From: Macrostomum lignano
Taxonomy: Eukaryota
Length of the DNA: 64,000 bases
NCBI GenBank assembly: GCA_002269645.1
Contig: NIVC01000020.1
Location: forward strand, 496,001-560,000
Direction of reading: 5' to 3'
A model generated the notes under the pieces. That model was not told where the DNA came from, did no database searches, and was given only the letters and a program-made list of their open reading frames with translations. The position numbers were made by a program, and so were the translations under genes. This document shows, piece by piece, positions 57,538 through 64,000 of the stretch. Each line of letters starts with the position of its first letter. Position 1 is the first letter of the stretch.

Positions 57538-57760
57538 ATCGCATGCTTGAAAGTGAAAGAAATAAATTCCATTTTTGAGGAACATGAACTTTGGCAGAGA
57601 TGATGTGACATATCTAACATGTGCTATTTTAAGCTTCAGCGTGATGGAGCGGTGCACTTATCAGAATGCAGCATCTCAGACGGGTTAACAGTGCACAGCT
57701 TCTGTACGGGCCGCTGGGTCCGTCACAGTCTGGCAGCACTGAGAATAGCCTCCAGACTGC

Positions 57761-60700
57761 CTAGCCAAGGACTTCTAGATAATAAGCTGGACGGGAAGGC
57801 TGTGTTGAAAAAGGCAGCTGGCTGTACCAGAGGTGGCCTAAGAAACAAACGCGTTTTCCTCTCATTTTGTCCTCGGACCCCTCCTATTGAGAAATGTTTT
57901 TCAATCCTACCAAGGCTAATGAGCTAAAGACCAAGGCCCCACAAAGAACCACCCCCCCCCCCGATATATGAACCCCCCCCCAAAGATAGCTGCTATCTTT
58001 CACAGAGAGCTGTAAAGTCTAATCGAAATGGTCTGTGGGAGACAGCTTTTACACATAAGGAACTCCTTATTTGGCATCCCTCTATAGAATTGTTTGTGAA
58101 TAAAGCCTCCCTCCCGGATAGAGAGTACAGGGCTCTTTATCTGTCTCGTTTGAAATCGGGCCGTACATTAGTACAGGGAAAAAGCGCTTTAACTTACTGC
58201 ATGTACACTAGGTGGGGTTTGACGCCTATCCGATACCAGTTCCCCCCCATTTCGAGGGGTAAAGACACAATGCCTCTAAGACTTACTACATAAGTATGCG
58301 TGTCTCTCCACCCATAGAATTTTTTAAACAATATACTGATTCACATACCTGACAAGCCTCGTAAGCTTATAAGTTATTGCATCTCAATATGGTCCACAAA
58401 TGCTCAGCTTTCGGCTGCAGAAGTGGGTACACGAAAGAACCTCAACGAGAAGTAAAAGTAACTTTTCATAAGTTTCCAAGAGATGAAAAGCTCAAGGCCA
58501 AGTGGGTTCGGGCCAACCCAAGACAGGGATTTGTGCCGACGAAGCACGCCCGAATGTGCTCTCTGCACTTTTCTCCGGCTGATTTTATTGAGGAGCGACG
58601 CGACACCAATGCAAAGAGGATGAAAAAGCATTCATCTAGCCAGCTCGTCCACAGGTATCTAAAGCAGGACGCTGTACCTTCCATATTTCCCAATGCACCA
58701 GCCTATCTATCATCAAACGCAACAACGTCTCGACAAACTGCCGTGAGAGCTACAGCCTCTGGTCGATTGGAGAAGGAAGCTGAGCGACTGGAAGCTCAAG
58801 CCGAGATCTTTGAGGCCGAAGATCGGATTGACTCTCTACCTCTGGAAGAAGTGAAAGACCGGCTTTCTGCTGAAAGAACCCTTCCAGAAGGATTCCAATT
58901 ATCAATGAGTGCTGGTACGTTTTTTATCTATTTGCTTAGCATAATCAACGGTGTGCTCCAAGTGACTGCGTCGGTAATAATCAACCCAGATTTCTCTGTG
59001 GAGGTGAATTGCAATGGAGAAATCGTGCCCAGCGCGCAATTCCAAGATATCGTATCAGGCCGGCTTACTCACATGTCGCAGCTCCTCAATCTCATGGCTC
59101 GACTGAAATCATGGCGCAACGATCAGACTTCAGGCCGATCTGGCAACCAATCCTTGGAGGCAGCCATTAGAAATATGAAAAACTACATCAGCACACTGAG
59201 TGTTGGCAGCGATGAGCACAGGCGATTTTGTTTCCTTCTCGATCAAATTTTCCTAGCTGCGAAGGGGAAATACAGCAGAAACTATTCACCCGAGCTAACA
59301 ATATTTGCATATCTAATTCACGCATCCAGTTCCGCTGCCTACAAAGTTTTACTTCAAGAGAATGTTTGTGCCTACCATCAATTAAGACACTTCAGAAGGT
59401 CACACGACAGGTTCAAAGCAACACTGGGTTAGACAACACTGCGTATTTAAGTCTTCGTGTCTCAAAGCTAAATGCCTTCGAAAGGAAATGTCTACTTATC
59501 ATTGATGAAATATATATTGCAAAGCGCGTCGAATATAGCAATGGTGAAGTGCATGGGCTGACAGCCGAAGGGTCAGTGGCATCAACTCTACTCTGTTTCA
59601 TGGTTAAATCATTAGTCAATAAATTCAAAGACCTGGTTGCTATTTTCCCAGTAGCTACTCTGACAGCTGAGAAGCAGTATCTTTGTTACAATGACGTCAT
59701 GAAAACTGTTCGAAAAGTTGGTTTGGAATGCATAGGAATTTCCGTAGATAATGCGTCCGTTAACAGAAAATTTTTTGTAAACAGCCTTTGCGGTGGAAAT
59801 CTGACGACAAAAATTTACGACTCCATTACGGAACAGCCAATATTTCTAATTTTTGATCCCGTGCACGACTTAAAAAATGTATACAACAATTTTCAAACGC
59901 GCAAAGAGTTTCATTGCCCAAGTTTTGAACCAGATTTACCGAATGGTTGCCGAGCCAGTTTCCATCACATCACGCAACTATATCAGTTAGAAGCGTCCGC
60001 TCCACTCAAAAAAGCTCATAAGTTATCGCCTTCTGTTCTTAATCCAAAGAATATCGAACGAACTTCCGTCAAACTTGCCAGTGCGGTTTTCTCGGAGTCG
60101 ACGCGAGATGCACTTTTATACTACGCCGAGCACGGAAACAAACCCGAATGGCGTGAAACTGCGCTTTTCATTTCTATGATTTTAGAGTTGTGGAAAATTT
60201 TAAACGTGAAATCATCTACAAAAGGGAAGCATAAGCGTGATTGCGCCATGGATCCTATTACATCAACGCAAGATTGGAAGCTGAAACATCTGAGAAAATT
60301 CGCGGATTTCCTTCAACGCTGGGAAGCCAATGGTCGCTTGGGACTGTCAAAAGAAACATTTCTAGCTTTACGCCAAGCGTGTTTGTCTCTTTCCGATTGT
60401 GCTTCATATCTGCTCGATCACGCCGGGTTCAACTTCGTACTGCTTGGTCATCTCCAATCTGACGCCCTGGAGTCTAGATTCGGGTGGTTGCGTCAACTCT
60501 CTGGTGCAAACTATTATGTATCGATGCGGCAGATTTTAGAAAGCGATAAAAAAATTCGGGCCGTCTCCCTCTTTAAGTACTCAAACATCAGCCTGACAGA
60601 TATAGAAAGCGCTGCGGCAGCTTCTATTGAGGAGAATCAAACTGCTACTCAGTCCGAGCTGAATTCGACCGCCGATGCTATTGCAGCTGCACTGAAGCTT

Positions 60701-61720
60701 GATCATGAGCCATCAGTTAATGAAAAAAACATCATCTTTTTCGTAAGTGGTTATGCCGCTCGATCAACTATTTCATCAACGAGGTGCAAATCTTGCTCTG
60801 AATTTCTCACTGACTTTGAAAACGTTCAATCGGCGACTGACGATTCCAGCTTGTGTTCATCTACGTTCCAGGACAGCATTGACAGGGGCGGCCTGGTGAA
60901 GCCATCGGACTTTGTTTTTAATCTGGCAGCTCATTGTTGGAAAGTCTTTCAGGAGATTTGGGCCGACTGTAATCTTAAGAAGCAGTTTTTGCGATCGTCT
61001 TGCCAGCGCTCCCTGTTCAGCAAGATCATTGATCGCTGCACTTTCAACGAGGAGCACATGCACCTGGTGTTTGGCATCAGCATGTGCACATCCGGCCACG
61101 ATCTGCAGAGCCACATCGTTCGTCGGCTTTTCAACTGCTTTGCGAAGAACTTCGTCAAGGAGATGACCAACACAGTGCAGTCGACTTCCGGGCGACAGAA
61201 GCGCAAAATTGCTAAGCTGTCAGGTTCAACAATGTGAGATGCGTCAGCACTTAAGACTGTAAGTAGAAAAAAATTGTGGGTATACGCTCGTATTTATCCT
61301 CTAGTTATCCGTGGCGTATCTATTTAATTTTTATATTATTTTCCACTTTTTTAGTACCATATTCGTACCGAAAGGAGCCTAGAGTTTAATCTCTAACATC
61401 AGATAAAATTATACAAATGAATGCTAAAAACGATTTCATTTATGCTGCATGCTTACGATTATATAGTTCTTTTCAAAAACAGCGTGCAGTTTTATGAAAA
61501 ACGTATATAATGAATAATTTTGGCTTCTACTCTTCAGTAATAAAATTTCTCTGTTCATTTATTTGTCTATTTATTCAATGAAATTCACCTCAAAAGGTTA
61601 TTTTTATTGGTATTTTTTAGTAAAACTAGCCTTAAACTCCACAAACAATAGGCCACCTCTGGTACGCTATAAAAACAGCCTTCCCGTCCAGTTCCTATTA
61701 TCTAGAAGTCCTTGGCCTAG
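57761..61720 (+). mobile_element. THAP-domain P-element-like DNA transposon, about 3.9 kb, with imperfect TIRs of about 80 bp
   Basis: 57761-57840 and 61649-61720 share inverted blocks ccaaggacttctagataata, ctggacgggaaggctgt and gtaccagaggtggccta, enclosing a THAP + P-type transposase. Exact ends uncertain. Confidence 0.85.
58389..61237 (+). pseudogene. P-element/THAP9-like transposase (about 949 aa if repaired) with a 1-bp frameshift near 59365
   Basis: THAP C2CH (CSAFGC...FHKFP...W...CSLHF...AVPSIF) in ORF1. ORF2 has CLPSIKTL, LIIDEIY, SVDNA, FDPVHDLKNVYNNF and QSDALESRFGWLRQ. Adding one T to aatgtttgtg restores ENVLCLPS and a length divisible by 3. Confidence 0.9.
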
Positions 61721-62073
61721 CAGACGTATAATTAGCAACTTCAAAGCTTTTGAAGAACCGGTCACCGATGCCTTGGAGGATGCTGCCAGACGGCTGTAGT
61801 GTGCAGAGAGATTGATAGTGAGCTATTAAGTTATCACAAAAATTTATCGCACTATTAAATCTAAAGCGCCGGCGTCTCTGCATTCCGGAGTTTACACTGC
61901 GATATCAGATTTATACAGCTGATAAAGATCTGATTCACTGCTGCTGTTGGGTTCCGGTTGAATTAAAGACTGCGATTCGGGACTGGGATGCTGGGCTGCC
62001 GCAGCATGGCAGTGATGGCGGGCTTGGCGCTGGCTTCTTTCACCGTGATGCCCGACTTGATGCTGTGTCCTGT

Positions 62074-62614
62074 GATGGGTTGTCAGATTGATGGGTTGTC
62101 AGATTGATGGGTTGTCAGATTGATGGGTTGTCAGATTGATGGGTTGTCAGATTGATGGGTTGTCAGATTGATGGGTTGTCAGATTGATGGGTTGTCAGAT
62201 TGATGGGTTGTCAGATTGATGGGTTGTCAGATTGATGGGTTGTCAGATTGATGGGTTGTCAGATTGATGGGTTGTCAGATTGATGGGTTGTCAGATTGAT
62301 GGGTTGTCAGATTGATGGGTTGTCAGATTGATGGGTTGTCAGATTGATGGGTTGTCAGATTGATGGGTTGTCAGATTGATGGGTTGTCAGATTGATGGGT
62401 TGTCAGATTGATGGGTTGTCAGATTGATGGGTTGTCAGATTGATGGGTTGTCAGATTGATGGGTTGTCAGATTGATGGGTTGTCAGATTGATGGGTTGTC
62501 AGATTGATGGGTTGTCAGATTGATGGGTTGTCAGATTGATGGGTTGTCAGATTGATGGGTTGTCAGATTGATGGGTTGTCAGATTGATGGGTTGTCAGAT
62601 TGATGGGTTGTCAG
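62074..62614. repeat. Homogeneous 16-bp repeat (gatgggttgtcagatt), 33.8 copies
   Basis: 541 bp; I saw no variant units. Confidence 0.97.
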
Positions 62615-63036
62615 GACACAGAAGAGCTCCCCCAACCGCTTGCGAATTTCTGTTTTCCCCCAGAAGAGCTGGCATGTGCCGGGCTCAGGTGAGCACTCCG
62701 TAGCAACAGGGAAGGTTCCCAATTGAATCTGCGCAGCCAGGCTCGCAGGTTGCTGCATCCCCTGTTAATTAGGATGCAGCTGGAGAAAAAATGCGGGAAA
62801 TTCTAGATTTTTCTTCATCATTTTTTTTTGGGAAATCCCTGCTGACTGCGGAGCTGAGCGAAATTAAAGTGGATTTTAATCCCGTCCTTGCCGCTCGGGT
62901 GGCCCCGAGTGCTTTTGAGGGCACTCGGTGTGCGGTGCTCACTCTGCTAATGCATCACATTGACAGATTCTGCCTTGCAGAAGCACCAGCTTCAATATCC
63001 ACCCTGATAGTGCAGCTGAATGCCCTCATGCAAACC

Positions 63037-64000
63037 CTATGAGATACACTATGAGATAAACTATGGGATAAACTATGAGATAAACTATGAGATAAACTAT
63101 GAGATAAACTATGAGATAAACTATGAGATAAACTATGAAATAAACTATGAGATAAACTATGAGATACACTATGAGATAAACTATGAGATAAACTATGAGA
63201 TAAACTATGAAATAAACTATGAGATAAACTATGAGATACACTATGAGATAAACTATGAGATAAACTATGAGATACACTATGAGATAAACTATGAGATAAA
63301 CTATGAGATAAACTATGAGATAAACTATGAGATAAACTATGAGATAAACTATGAGATAAACTATGAAATAAACTATGAGATAAACTATGAGATACACTAT
63401 GAGATAAACTATGAGATAAACTATGAGATAAACTATGAAATAAACTATGAGATAAACTATGAGATACACTATGAGATAAACTATGAGATAAACTATGAGA
63501 TACACTATGAGATAAACTATGAGATAAACTATTAAATGAACTATTGAATACATTATAAAACACTATGACACATTATGAGACACACTATGAGACACTATGA
63601 GACACTGTGAGACACACTATGAGACACTATGAGACACTATGAGACACAGTGAGACACTGTGAGACACTATGAGACTGTGAGACACACCATGAGACACTAT
63701 GAGACACACTATGAGACACTATGAGACAGTTTGAGACACTGTGAGACACTATGAGACACACTGTGAAACACTATGAGACATTATGAGACACACTATGAGA
63801 CACTATGAGACACTGTGAGACAGTGTGAGACACTATGAGACACTATGAGATAGTGTGAGACACTATGAGGCACTATGAGACACTATGAGACACTGTGAGA
63901 CAGTGTGAGACACTATGAGACACTATGAGATAGTGTGAGACACTATGAGGCACTATGAGACACTATGAGACAGTGTGAGACACTATGAGGCACTATGAGA
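63037..64000. repeat. 12-bp repeat (actatgagataa) grading into a 10-12-bp gagacactat-type repeat; runs off the window
   Basis: Direct. Confidence 0.95.

Noticed and set aside
55595-57657. Pentapeptide-like (ESRFP/GSQFP) and 9-aa repeat ORFs of 240-300 aa
   Set aside because: 15-bp and 27-bp units are open in multiple frames on both strands; no splice or start context; no evidence of coding selection.
62955-63563. YEIN / SHSL / VYLI repeat ORFs
   Set aside because: Translations of a 12-bp tandem repeat.

Overview
Eukaryotic (animal) genomic DNA: GC-rich exons are separated by introns and spacers packed with many unrelated micro- and minisatellites. This organisation resembles the flatworm Macrostomum (inference, not provable here). 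I reconstructed three host genes by hand from splice signals and reading-frame continuity. (1) A giant minus-strand gene has at least 26 coding exons (28140 down to 961) and probably continues past the left edge. It encodes about 2,900-3,030 aa: a Gly2 myristoylation-like N-terminus with no signal peptide, 7 cupredoxin-like repeats lacking the canonical copper loop, one CHB_HEX_C/Fn3_assoc-like module, 2 FN3 domains, a Ser/Gln/Ala-rich linker, then about 13 more FN3 domains. I do not recognise a characterised protein with this architecture. (2) A plus-strand stomatin/band-7 gene. (3) A 5-exon minus-strand Runx gene whose Groucho motif is VWKPY and is not C-terminal. Two near-intact DNA transposons are present: an IS630/Tc1-like element (153-bp TIRs, TA TSD, DD30E spacing, stop at codon 5) and a THAP/P-element-like element (one 1-bp frameshift, imperfect TIRs of about 80 bp). 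The most unusual structure is a frame-preserving 39-bp tandem repeat in exon 4 of the giant gene, in which every unit carries a 3' splice site. Most long ORFs in the supplied track are artefacts of tandem repeats. Exon boundaries were read by eye and repeat ends are approximate.
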